From positions 1-30,976 of the forward strand of contig CAWJJC010000016.1 in assembly GCA_963843145.1 (NCBI GenBank): a DNA stretch of 30,976 nt, written 5' to 3'. Under the pieces are notes generated by a model. The model saw only the letters and a program-made list of their open reading frames with translations, made no database searches and was not told the DNA's origin. Position 1 is the first letter of the stretch, and every line of letters begins with the position of its first letter. Below are positions 8,988 through 17,600 of this stretch, one piece after another. A program made the translations under genes and the position numbers. Origin of the DNA: an uncultured delta proteobacterium. GTDB lineage: Bacteria; Desulfobacterota; RBG-13-43-22.

Positions 8988-10747
8988 ACCTCGTTATACT
9001 GCAACTGGTAAAGCCGGTAATAGTACCCTTTCCGCTCCATGAGCTGCGCATGGGTCCCTTCCTCGACCAGGCGGCCCTGATGCAGGACCATAATCCGGGA
9101 GGCCTGGCGCAGGGTAAAGAGCCGGTGGGCGATGACCAGCGAGGTCCGCCCGGTCAGCAGCCTGCCCAGGACGGCCTGGACTTTTTCTTCCGTCTGGGCG
9201 TCCAGGTGGGCGGTGGCCTCATCCAGCACCAGGATCGCCGGGTCCCGGGCTAAAACCCGGGCCATGGCCACCAACTGCCGTTCCCCGGAAGACAGGGTGT
9301 CGACCTTTCGCCCCTGGAAATCCTGGAAAAGGGGCTGAATCTCCGCCCATATTTTATTCCGGCCATCACGGGAAGAAAGAGTTTCCTGATCCGCTAATAA
9401 AATATTTTCTTTCAGGTCTCCCGCGAAGAGAAAGACCTCCTGGGGGACCAACCCGACCAGAGCCCTCAAAAAATTCTTGGAAAAAGATTGAAGGGGAATC
9501 CCATCGATCCGGATTTCTCCCTTCTGGGGGGTATAAAAACCCTCCAGAAGTTGAATCAGGGTGGTCTTCCCTCCCCCGGTCATCCCGACGATGGCTACCG
9601 CTTCTCCGGGCCGGATGGTGAAAGAAATGTCCTGGAGTACCCACTCTTCGTCCTGATAAGCAAAGCTGACCCGGTCGAAAGCTATCTCCCCTTGGACCCG
9701 GGCCGGACGCCGAAATAAAGTTTCCTCCGGTCCCTCTTCGGCTTTTTCCTCCATCAGGGCGAAGATTCGCTCCAGGGAAGCCATGGCCGATTGCAGGACG
9801 CTGTATTTTTCGGTCAACTCCCGCAGGGGACGAAAAAACATCTGAATGTACGAGAGGAAGGCCACCAGGGCACCCAGCGTCAAGGTCTGGCGGATGACCT
9901 GACCGCCGCCGTACCAGATCAACAGGGCCACGGCGCCGGCCGAGATCAATTCCATGAGCGGCATGAACAAAGCGAACACCTGAATCTGCTTCATCCCGGC
10001 CAGATAGGCCTGGTGATTCACCCCACGAAAGTCCTCGTTCCGTTGCGCTTCCGTTTTCAGGAGCTGGATAAGGGTCATGCCGGAAAGGGTTTCCTGGATA
10101 AAGGAATTCAGGTGAGCTACCCAGCGGCGCAAATCGCGGAAGGCGTCCCGGGCCTTCCGGCTGAAAAGCCGGGCGGCCACAAAAATGACCGGCAGGACGG
10201 CAAAGGTGATCAGGGCCAACTTAAAATTTAGATAGAAAAGGACCCCCATAATCCCCAGGAAGAGCAGGATATCCTTAACCAGGGTAGAGAGCAGCGACTT
10301 GACCATCTCATTCAGGTTCTCAATATCGTTGGTGGCCCGGGTGACCAGCCGACCCACCGGATGCTGCTGGTAGAAGGGCAGCGGCAGCGACAGGAGATGG
10401 GCCACCAGGTCCAGGCGCAGGGCATGCATCACCCGCTGGCCCAATTGTTCCATGATCACTACCTGGGTATATTGGAGCGCATAGCCCAAAACCAGGGCCA
10501 CCAGCAGCAATAAAGCCAAAAACCCCAGACCCTGGACCCGCCCTTTGAGGATATATTGATCGATAGCCAGTTTAGTCAGGTAGGGAGGGACCAGGTCCAG
10601 GGCGGTCCCGGCCAGAGTCAGCACCATCACCAGCAGCCACCGGAATCGCCAGGGCCATAGATAAGGAAGGACCTTCTTCAGCAGGCCGAAATCGTAGGGC
10701 TTGCCCAAGTGTTCCCCTTCGAAATACCCGAAATCATTGGGAGCCAT
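8972..10747 (-). CDS. ABC exporter permease/ATP-binding subunit (MdlB/YheH-like)
   Basis: N-terminal TMD, Walker A GMTGGGKTT, signature LSSGERQ, Walker B ILVLDE, IAHR. Confidence 0.95.
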   Translation of the reverse strand: MAPNDFGYFEGEHLGKPYDFGLLKKVLPYLWPWRFRWLLVMVLTLAGTALDLVPPYLTKLAIDQYILKGRVQGLGFLALLLLVALVLGYALQYTQVVIMEQLGQRVMHALRLDLVAHLLSLPLPFYQQHPVGRLVTRATNDIENLNEMVKSLLSTLVKDILLFLGIMGVLFYLNFKLALITFAVLPVIFVAARLFSRKARDAFRDLRRWVAHLNSFIQETLSGMTLIQLLKTEAQRNEDFRGVNHQAYLAGMKQIQVFALFMPLMELISAGAVALLIWYGGGQVIRQTLTLGALVAFLSYIQMFFRPLRELTEKYSVLQSAMASLERIFALMEEKAEEGPEETLFRRPARVQGEIAFDRVSFAYQDEEWVLQDISFTIRPGEAVAIVGMTGGGKTTLIQLLEGFYTPQKGEIRIDGIPLQSFSKNFLRALVGLVPQEVFLFAGDLKENILLADQETLSSRDGRNKIWAEIQPLFQDFQGRKVDTLSSGERQLVAMARVLARDPAILVLDEATAHLDAQTEEKVQAVLGRLLTGRTSLVIAHRLFTLRQASRIMVLHQGRLVEEGTHAQLMERKGYYYRLYQLQYNEVQNGG

Positions 10748-10758
10748 CTATAACCTCG

Positions 10759-12510
10759 TCAAAAGACTCCCTCCTGGATTTCTTTTTCCAGACGCTGCCG
10801 CTGGTAGAGCCGGAAATAGAGGCCTTTTTGCTCCATCAGGGCCTGGTGCCGCCCGCATTCGACGATCCGCCCCGCCTCAAAAAGAAAAACCCCATCCACG
10901 GCCTCCAGCCCTACCAGGCGGTGAGAAATATAAATGGTGGTTAATCCCTTGCGCCGGGACTTCAAGGCTTCGAGAATCTGCCGTTCGGTGGACAGGTCGA
11001 CCGAGGCCAGGGTGTTATCCAGAATCAGAAAAGGCGGATTGAACAACAAGGCCCGGGCCAGGGCCAATCGTTGACGCTGTCCCCCGGAAAGGAGCACTCC
11101 TTTTTCCCCCACCACCGTCTCCAGCCCTTCGGAAAAGGCCTTGACATCCTTATCCAGGGCGGCCAGGGACAGGGCCTCCCACAATTGGGGCTCTTCGGCT
11201 TTGGGGTCGGCCATCCGCAGGTTGGCCCGCAAGGTATCGGAAAATAGAAAAGGTACCTGGGGGACTAAGGAAACGGTACTCCTTAAGTCCCCCAGCGGTA
11301 TGGTATGGATCGGCCGTCCGTCCAGGGCAACGGTCCCCTGGGGAGGATCATAGAGCCGGACCAGCAGTTGCGCCAGGGTGGTCTTTCCGGAACCGGTTCG
11401 CCCGGTGAAAAGTATCTGCTGCCCGGCGGCAATTTCCAGATTCAGGTCTTTCAAGACCGGCTGTTCCTCTCCCGGATAGGTAAAGCTCAGATTGTGGATT
11501 GAAATCTTCTGGATGGGTGCGGGCGGCGGCGTCATTCCGGGGCGATCAACGATTTCCGGTTTTTCATCCAAAAGCCGTCCGATCCGCTCCAGTGATACGC
11601 CTCCCCGTTTCAACAGGTTGACCACCCAGCCCAGGGCCATAACCGGCCATCCCAGCATGCCCAGGTAACTGATGAAGGCCACAAAATCGCCGGTGGTGAT
11701 CTTTCCCTGGTAGACCTGGACCCCGCCCAGCCAGATCACCACGGCCAGACTCAGGTTGGTCAAGAGCAGGGATAAGGGGAAAAGCGTCCCGGTAATGCGG
11801 GCCAACTGCAGATTTTTGTCCAGGTATTTTCCACTGAGTTCGGAAAGACGGCCCAATTCCCGCGGCTGGAGGTTGTAGGCTTTGACTACCAGGATACCCA
11901 CCAGGCTTTCTCGAACGGTTTCCATCAATCCCGAAAAAAGGACTTGCACCGATTCAAATTTTTTGTGGAAAACCCGGCTTAACCGGTAGGTCAGGTAGGC
12001 CACCAGCGGCATGGGCAGCAGGGCGGCGGCGGTCAGTCGGGGGCTGATGTAAATCATAAACCCGATAGCCGCGGAGCCTAAAAAAAACGAATCGACCAGA
12101 GAGACCAGTCCCATTCCCAGGGCCATCCGCACCGCCTCCATATCATTGGTGGTGTGGGCCATGAGATCGCCGATCGGCCGGCGCTGAAAAAAAGCCGGGG
12201 AAAGGAGGAAAAACTGATCGACCAGTCGATTTCTCAGGGCTTCCTCGATCCGCCGGGCCTGGCCGAAGATCAACCGCCGCCAAAGAAAACGAAAGCTGAA
12301 AATAAGCAGCGAAACGCCGACGATCAGGGCCAGGGTGTGTACCAGGGTCCCGGTTGTGGCTCGTCCGGAGGACAAGGCATCGACGACACCCTTAATAAAG
12401 CGGGGGATAAGCAGTTGGAGAAAATCCACCAGGATCAACAGACAGATGCCCGCGGCCAGCGAACGGAGGCCCGGGCGGAGGAAGGGAATTAAAATACGGT
12501 AAGGGTTCAT
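10759..12510 (-). CDS. ABC exporter permease/ATP-binding subunit (MdlA/YheI-like)
   Basis: TMD with GDLMAHTTND, Walker A GRTGSGKTT, LSGGQRQR, degenerate Walker B LILDN, ISHR. Confidence 0.95.
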   Translation of the reverse strand: MNPYRILIPFLRPGLRSLAAGICLLILVDFLQLLIPRFIKGVVDALSSGRATTGTLVHTLALIVGVSLLIFSFRFLWRRLIFGQARRIEEALRNRLVDQFFLLSPAFFQRRPIGDLMAHTTNDMEAVRMALGMGLVSLVDSFFLGSAAIGFMIYISPRLTAAALLPMPLVAYLTYRLSRVFHKKFESVQVLFSGLMETVRESLVGILVVKAYNLQPRELGRLSELSGKYLDKNLQLARITGTLFPLSLLLTNLSLAVVIWLGGVQVYQGKITTGDFVAFISYLGMLGWPVMALGWVVNLLKRGGVSLERIGRLLDEKPEIVDRPGMTPPPAPIQKISIHNLSFTYPGEEQPVLKDLNLEIAAGQQILFTGRTGSGKTTLAQLLVRLYDPPQGTVALDGRPIHTIPLGDLRSTVSLVPQVPFLFSDTLRANLRMADPKAEEPQLWEALSLAALDKDVKAFSEGLETVVGEKGVLLSGGQRQRLALARALLFNPPFLILDNTLASVDLSTERQILEALKSRRKGLTTIYISHRLVGLEAVDGVFLFEAGRIVECGRHQALMEQKGLYFRLYQRQRLEKEIQEGVF

Positions 12511-12666
12511 GGAATTCGGTTCGGTAATGATCCTTTTTGGTAACTAATAAGCCCCCGGTCCCTTAAAATCAATCTAATTCTATTTTCGTACTAAGGAGGT
12601 AAGCAGACAGCCGACGGACCGGACTGGACTGGATCTCAAAAAAATCGTTTGGAACCCATTTTTTCC

Positions 12667-12715
12667 TTGACAGGGCCCCGGGTTGGCTTTAAATTGTTAA
12701 CATCGTGAACGATTT
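12667..12715 (+). promoter_or_regulatory. marR promoter and candidate operator
   Basis: TTGACA 12667-12672, 17 bp, TAAATT 12690-12695; imperfect inverted repeat AAATTGTTAAC-ATC-GTGAACGATTT overlapping the -10 and start codon. Confidence 0.7.
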
Positions 12716-13184
12716 TTACCCCACTTCTAAAGAACAGATAAGCCGCTACCAGGCCCAAAAACTTCAGGACCTGATTGCCGAAATTACCCAGTGCTGCCAG
12801 GAAAAGACCCTCTACCAGGCCCAAAAGTTTGGTCTGACCCAGGCGGAGATGAAATGCCTGTTGCTCTTTAAGGAAGCGCGCTACCTGACGGTCAAGGGCT
12901 TGGCCCAAAAGCTGGAAGTGGCCAAAAGCCGGATCACCAAGATTATTGATGGATTAGTGAATAAACGATTGGCGCAGCGGATCGACGATCCGGAAGATGC
13001 CCGGGTGATATTAATCGGCCTGACCCCGGAAGGGCAAAAACAGGTCGAGGCCCTCGACGTGTTTTTAAAGGACCTCCACCACCAGTTATTGCGGGAACTG
13101 AAGGAAGACGACCGAAAAAGTGTTTTAGCCTCCTTGGAAACCCTAAGGTCATCCATGGAGGTGATCAAACAACAATTGGTTTAG
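12705..13184 (+). CDS. MarR family transcriptional regulator
   Basis: FGLTQAEMKCL..LTVKGLAQKLEVAKSRITKIIDGLVNKRLAQRIDDPEDARVILIGLTPEG winged-helix pattern. Confidence 0.93.
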   Translation: MNDFYPTSKEQISRYQAQKLQDLIAEITQCCQEKTLYQAQKFGLTQAEMKCLLLFKEARYLTVKGLAQKLEVAKSRITKIIDGLVNKRLAQRIDDPEDARVILIGLTPEGQKQVEALDVFLKDLHHQLLRELKEDDRKSVLASLETLRSSMEVIKQQLV

Positions 13185-13197
13185 CTGGTTTGGTTTT

Positions 13198-13224
13198 TTT
13201 GTTAATCCTATTAACTATAACAAA
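13198..13224 (+). promoter_or_regulatory. Second candidate MarR operator upstream of the dsrE-like gene
   Basis: Perfect GTTAAT-CCT-ATTAAC (13201-13215), same 6-3-6 layout as the site at 12696-12710. Confidence 0.6.
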
Positions 13225-13258
13225 GTAAATTAACCCAATTCACCGAAAGGGGGATGTT

Positions 13259-13810
13259 ATGGAAATGGAAGCCATTGAAAAACAACTGGCCGAATTAAAA
13301 GCCCAAGTGGACGGCCTGGCCGGCTCCAAAACGGAGGAAAAACTCTCCATGATTGTTTTCAGCGGGGACCTGGACAAAGCCCTGGCCGCTTTTATTATTG
13401 CTACCGGAGCCGTGGCCATGGGTTTGGAAGTGATTATGTTTTTTACCTTTTGGGGCACGCCGATCCTGCGGGATAAAAACAAGAATGTGGGCGGCAAGGA
13501 CCTGATGGGTACGATGTTCGGATCCATGCTCCCTAAGGGAGCCGGGAAAGTAAAGCTCTCCAAGATGAACATGGGCGGGATGGGTACCGCTATGATGAAA
13601 TCGTTGATGAAAAAGAAAAACGTGGCCTCTTTGGAAGAGTTTATTAAAATGGCCGCCGAACTGGAAGTCAAGATATTCATCTGCGAAATGTCCATGGACC
13701 TCATGGGTTTCAAGCATGAAGAAATGATCGATTACCCCGGGGTAGAATACGTCGGGGTGGCTACCTTTCTGGAACATGCCATCAACAGCAAAATTACCTT
13801 ATTTCTTTAA
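13259..13810 (+). CDS. DsrE/DsrF/DrsH-like (DsrE2-type) sulfur-transfer protein
   Basis: IVFSGDLDKALAAFIIATGAVAMG..MFFTFWG..LSKMNMGGMG..KIFICEMSMDLMG..YVGVATFL with the conserved Cys. Confidence 0.9.
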   Translation: MEMEAIEKQLAELKAQVDGLAGSKTEEKLSMIVFSGDLDKALAAFIIATGAVAMGLEVIMFFTFWGTPILRDKNKNVGGKDLMGTMFGSMLPKGAGKVKLSKMNMGGMGTAMMKSLMKKKNVASLEEFIKMAAELEVKIFICEMSMDLMGFKHEEMIDYPGVEYVGVATFLEHAINSKITLFL

Positions 13811-13829
13811 AATCAAAAGGAGAGAGACA

Positions 13830-14072
13830 ATGGCCGAAGCATTCAACGTCGACAAAGTGATGGACTTAAAAGGACTTCCCTGCCCTATGCCGGTGGTCAA
13901 GGTCAGCAAGGGCATCAAAGAAATTCAAGTAGGCCAGGTCATCGAAGCCCTGACCACGGACCCCGGGGCTCTGGCGGATTTTCCGGCCTGGGCCCGGACC
14001 AGCGGCAACGAAATTTTGAAAACCGACCAGGGCGACGGGGTTATAAAAATTTACATCAAACGCCTTAAATAA
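13830..14072 (+). CDS. tusA: TusA-family sulfur carrier protein
   Basis: DLKGLPCPMPVVK (CPxP), TTDPGALADFPAWARTSGNE; SD AAGGAG, ATG 13830, 80 aa. Confidence 0.93.
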   Translation: MAEAFNVDKVMDLKGLPCPMPVVKVSKGIKEIQVGQVIEALTTDPGALADFPAWARTSGNEILKTDQGDGVIKIYIKRLK

Positions 14073-14092
14073 ACCTCCTCAACTTCCCCAAC

Positions 14093-14119
14093 CCCCGTCC
14101 CCGGAATCCGGGGGCGGGG
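14093..14119 (+). other. GC-rich intergenic stem-loop between tusA and the cytochrome b gene
   Basis: CCCCGTCCCCGGA-A-TCCGGGGGCGGGG; no U-tract immediately after. Confidence 0.6.
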
Positions 14120-14196
14120 CCCTTCTCCGGCGGAGGGGCAACGGGAAAAATCCTTTTGAGGGAAAGATGGTCCTTCTTTTTATCCGATAGGAGGGA

Positions 14197-14913
14197 ATGA
14201 TGAAAACGATCTATTACCTGATCCTGGTACCCATGGTCTACCTGGCTTTCCTGGTCTTTATCGTGGGGACGATAAGCAAGTTGGCCAAGATTTTCGGCAG
14301 TCCGAAAAATCCGGCCAGCACGCTGCAGATCTATCCGCAAAAAAATCCCCCCTGGTTTTGGGCCCTGGCGGATTCCTTTTTAATGCCCTCGGTCCGGCGT
14401 CATAAACCGCTGCACTGGGTCTTCCTGATGTCCTTCCACATCGCCCTGCTGCTGTTGATCATCGGCCATCTGGAATTGTTCGAGGGCTTCAATGTCTTCC
14501 AGTTCATCCCCCACGAGATCTTTCTGGGGAAAGGCTTTGTCGGACTGGTTTTATCGCTGACCCTGCTCTTCTTTCTCTTCCGGCGTTTCGCCTCGCCGGT
14601 CAGGGACCTTTCCATTCCGGAAGACTATTATCTGCTGATCCTGCTGTTTCTGACCGTGCTCTTTGGCGCCCAGATGGACTGGGCCCGCCGCTGGTATGGG
14701 TACGGCGAAATGGGGCCCGGCGATTATAAAACCTATTTCACCAGTCTGTTGTTCCTGCGCCCCGAAGTCCCGGACGCCGTTTACCAGACCGGACATTCCT
14801 TCATGCTGGTCCTGCATATCTTCTTTGCCAACCTGTTCATCATGCTCTTTCCTTACAGCAAGATCATGCATTCATTTTTAACTATTCCCATGAATAAATT
14901 AAGGAGGGGATAG
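14197..14913 (+). CDS. NarI/DsrM/HmcE-family di-heme membrane cytochrome b
   Basis: About five TM segments; His pairs FH-x9-H and LH-x17-H (FPYSKIMH) match NarI-type heme b ligand spacing. Confidence 0.9.
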   Translation: MMKTIYYLILVPMVYLAFLVFIVGTISKLAKIFGSPKNPASTLQIYPQKNPPWFWALADSFLMPSVRRHKPLHWVFLMSFHIALLLLIIGHLELFEGFNVFQFIPHEIFLGKGFVGLVLSLTLLFFLFRRFASPVRDLSIPEDYYLLILLFLTVLFGAQMDWARRWYGYGEMGPGDYKTYFTSLLFLRPEVPDAVYQTGHSFMLVLHIFFANLFIMLFPYSKIMHSFLTIPMNKLRRG

Positions 14914-14915
14914 CC

Positions 14916-16169
14916 ATGGATGAAAAAACGCGCGACGATCTACTGAAACTCTTTCAATCCAAACTCAATGAAGCCATGCGCTTTTACCTGGAGACCTGCT
15001 CGCGGTGCGGGATCTGCACCGAGGCCTGCCATGCCTACCAGTCCATGGGCCAGGTCCGCTATATTTCAGCCTACCGCCACGAGATCGTCCGGCGGATTTA
15101 TAAAAAATATTTTAAGGGCCAGGGGAAAGCTTTTCCGGCCTGGGGGGAAAGCAAGGAATTGACCGAAATGGCCCTCCAGGAGTTATCGGAAGCGGCCTAC
15201 TCCTGCACCGGCTGCCGGCGCTGCATGGTCTACTGCCCCCACGGCATCGACACCCAGATGCTGATGTCGATCGCCAAACTGCTCCTGGTCGGATCCGGTA
15301 CCGAGCCGGAGATCCTTTCCATGCTGGCCGACACCTCCATTGAAAAAGGAAAATCCCTGGAGTTCTTCAAAGAGGGATTTTTGACCGGGATCAAGAACCT
15401 GGAGGCCCAGGTCGTTGAAAAATGGCGGGGGGAAGCCGGGCAAACCCCCATTCCTGTGGATGTGGAGGGAGCCGATCTGCTCTATGTGGCCCTGGCCGGG
15501 GCCCATTCGATTATTCCAGCGGCCGCCATTTTCAACGCCGCCCAGGAAAACTGGACCTTGAGTTTTTTTGAAGCGGTCAACTTTGGGGCCTTTGTGGGTG
15601 ATCCCACCAAGAGCAAGCTGATCTTGGATCGAATCCTGAACGAAGCCAAAAGGCTGAAAGTGAAGGAGGTCTGCATCTGCGAATGCGGCACCGCCTTCCG
15701 GGTGATGAAGCAGCTTTCCGGGAAACAGCCTTTTAAAGTCAGTTCCATCACCGAAGTCCACGCCCGTTACCTCCGGGAGGGACGGATCCGGGTAGAGAAA
15801 GACAAATTCCAGGTCCCGATCACCTATCACGACCCTTGTCAGATGGCCCGCAACGCCGGAGTCATCGACGAACCGCGGTATATCCTTAACCAGTTAACCA
15901 GCCGGTTTATCGATATGACCGCGGATGTACGCTACAACTGGTGCTGCGGCGGTGGCGGCGGTCTGGTGGCCCTGGGGGAGGAAACGCTCGACTTTCGCAT
16001 GAAATCGGCGACGGTCAAAGTGGATCAGGTCAAGAAAACGGGGGCCAAAATTCTGGCCACGGCCTGCGAAAACTGCCACACCCAACTCAGCGATCTAAAC
16101 GACCATTATCAGATGGGTGTGGAAGTGAAATTTCTCTCCTCCCTGGTGGCCGATGCCTTGGTTCATTAG
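14916..16169 (+). CDS. DsrK/HmcF/HdrD-like (Fe-S)-binding oxidoreductase with CCG domain
   Basis: CSRCGICTEACH and CTGCRRCMVYCP ferredoxin motifs; EAVNFG..ECGTA; YHDPC..CCGGGGG..TACENC. Confidence 0.92.
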   Translation: MDEKTRDDLLKLFQSKLNEAMRFYLETCSRCGICTEACHAYQSMGQVRYISAYRHEIVRRIYKKYFKGQGKAFPAWGESKELTEMALQELSEAAYSCTGCRRCMVYCPHGIDTQMLMSIAKLLLVGSGTEPEILSMLADTSIEKGKSLEFFKEGFLTGIKNLEAQVVEKWRGEAGQTPIPVDVEGADLLYVALAGAHSIIPAAAIFNAAQENWTLSFFEAVNFGAFVGDPTKSKLILDRILNEAKRLKVKEVCICECGTAFRVMKQLSGKQPFKVSSITEVHARYLREGRIRVEKDKFQVPITYHDPCQMARNAGVIDEPRYILNQLTSRFIDMTADVRYNWCCGGGGGLVALGEETLDFRMKSATVKVDQVKKTGAKILATACENCHTQLSDLNDHYQMGVEVKFLSSLVADALVH

Positions 16170-16233
16170 GGGAGGAGTATGTATATAAAATTTCTAATCA
16201 TTCAAAATCGAAAGGAAGAAAGGAGATGAAAGC

Positions 16234-17493
16234 ATGAAAAGAATCTTGAAAATGGGTGTTATGGTGGGACTAGTGGTCCTCTGGGCTTCCCTGGCCTTGG
16301 CTACCAACGGGGACAATTTAATCGGCATCGGACCGGCCTCTCGGGCCATGGGCGGCGTGGGCATCGCCGCTCCCCAGGACGCCATCAGCGCCGTGTTTTC
16401 CAACCCGGCCGCCATGTGCTTCGGGCCCTACTGCCCAGGGTCGGAATTCAATTTTGCTGGGACCCTCTTCACCCCCAAAGTGGACGCCAAGGTAACGCTC
16501 GGGGGCAATACGATCAAAGCGGACAGCAAAGAAAATGTCTATGCCATCCCGGCCATCGGCCTGTCCACCCCGATTACCAAGACCCTGCCCCTCTGGCGTT
16601 TCGGCTTAGCGGCCTACGGCGTCTCCGGGCTGGGGGTGGATTATCGCAATACCAGCCTGGATCAGCCCCAGTATGCCAATTTCGGTGGGTATCCCCTGGT
16701 CGCCGGCGGCTACACCCAGTTGTCGATCATGAAGTTCGCCCCCTCCATCGCCTTTGAGCCGAACAGCCAATTTTCCTTCGGCCTGGCCGCCCACATGGAT
16801 TACGCCATGCTGGACATGGGCAGCGGCACCTCTGCCGGCTACGGCTTTGGGGCTCAACTCGGCATGATCTACAAGCCGATGGATCGACTCTCCCTGGGCG
16901 CCACTTATGTCACCCCCCAGAAAGTCAAGCACGAGCGGGTCGCGGATTTCGACGGAAACGGCATCAAGGATGATCTCGATCTGGAATCTCCGCAACAGGC
17001 GGGTCTGGGTGTGGCCTTCGATATCCTGCCGGGCAAGCTGTTGGTCGAAATGGACGGCAAGTGGATCAACTGGGCCAACGCCGCCGGGTATAAGGATTTT
17101 GATTGGGAAGACCAGTGGGTCTTCGGCTTTGGGGCCCAGTACAAGCCCACGGAAAAACTGATACTGCGGGCCGGCTACAATTACGCCAACAACCCGGTCA
17201 AGAACCACAACGGTTTCGCGGGAACCAACCCGGTCCAGGTCCAGGGCAAATACATGCCCGCCTATTACTACGAAACCTTCCGGATTATCGGCTTCCCGGC
17301 TATCACCAAAAGCCACGTCACTTTCGGTATCGGATACGAATTTTCCAGCCGGTTTTCCGCCCATGTCGGTTATACCTATGGTTTCGGCGAATCGATCAGC
17401 GAAAATGGCACGGCCCTTAACGGCCAGCCGGCTCGCCTGGAATCCAACCTGACCGAAATGAGCTATGAATTTGGTTTGACCTGGCGCTTCTAA
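16234..17493 (+). CDS. OmpP1/FadL-family outer-membrane channel
   Basis: Signal peptide ending ALA|TNG, hatch motif RAMGGVGIA..NPAAM, amphipathic strands, LRAGYNY, terminal WRF. Confidence 0.9.
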   Translation: MKRILKMGVMVGLVVLWASLALATNGDNLIGIGPASRAMGGVGIAAPQDAISAVFSNPAAMCFGPYCPGSEFNFAGTLFTPKVDAKVTLGGNTIKADSKENVYAIPAIGLSTPITKTLPLWRFGLAAYGVSGLGVDYRNTSLDQPQYANFGGYPLVAGGYTQLSIMKFAPSIAFEPNSQFSFGLAAHMDYAMLDMGSGTSAGYGFGAQLGMIYKPMDRLSLGATYVTPQKVKHERVADFDGNGIKDDLDLESPQQAGLGVAFDILPGKLLVEMDGKWINWANAAGYKDFDWEDQWVFGFGAQYKPTEKLILRAGYNYANNPVKNHNGFAGTNPVQVQGKYMPAYYYETFRIIGFPAITKSHVTFGIGYEFSSRFSAHVGYTYGFGESISENGTALNGQPARLESNLTEMSYEFGLTWRF

Positions 17494-17512
17494 GGTCGCG
17501 GAGCGCTAAGCG

Positions 17513-17548
17513 CGGTTCGGAGAAGGCGGGTCCGTCTTCTCCGAACCG
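17513..17548. terminator. 17-bp stem-loop after the FadL-family gene
   Basis: CGGTTCGGAGAAGGCGG-GT-CCGTCTTCTCCGAACCG (one G-U pair). Confidence 0.6.
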
Positions 17549-17559
17549 GTCTGACAATT

Positions 17560-17600
17560 CTAAAGAAATCCCCCCTGTCCTTTAGGGGGGATTTCTTTAG
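17560..17600. terminator. Probable bidirectional intrinsic terminator
   Basis: Perfect 17-bp inverted repeat CTAAAGAAATCCCCCCT / AGGGGGGATTTCTTTAG between convergent genes. Confidence 0.8.

Noticed and set aside
12592-12635. Perfect SD TAAGGAGGT and GGAC(C/T) pentamer repeats
   Set aside because: No start codon follows the SD and the repeat is too short to be distinguished from chance.
14197-16169. Calling these genes dsrM/dsrK or nitrate reductase narI
   Set aside because: No dsrJOP or narGHJ present and the 417-aa protein is shorter than typical DsrK; only family-level assignment is justified.
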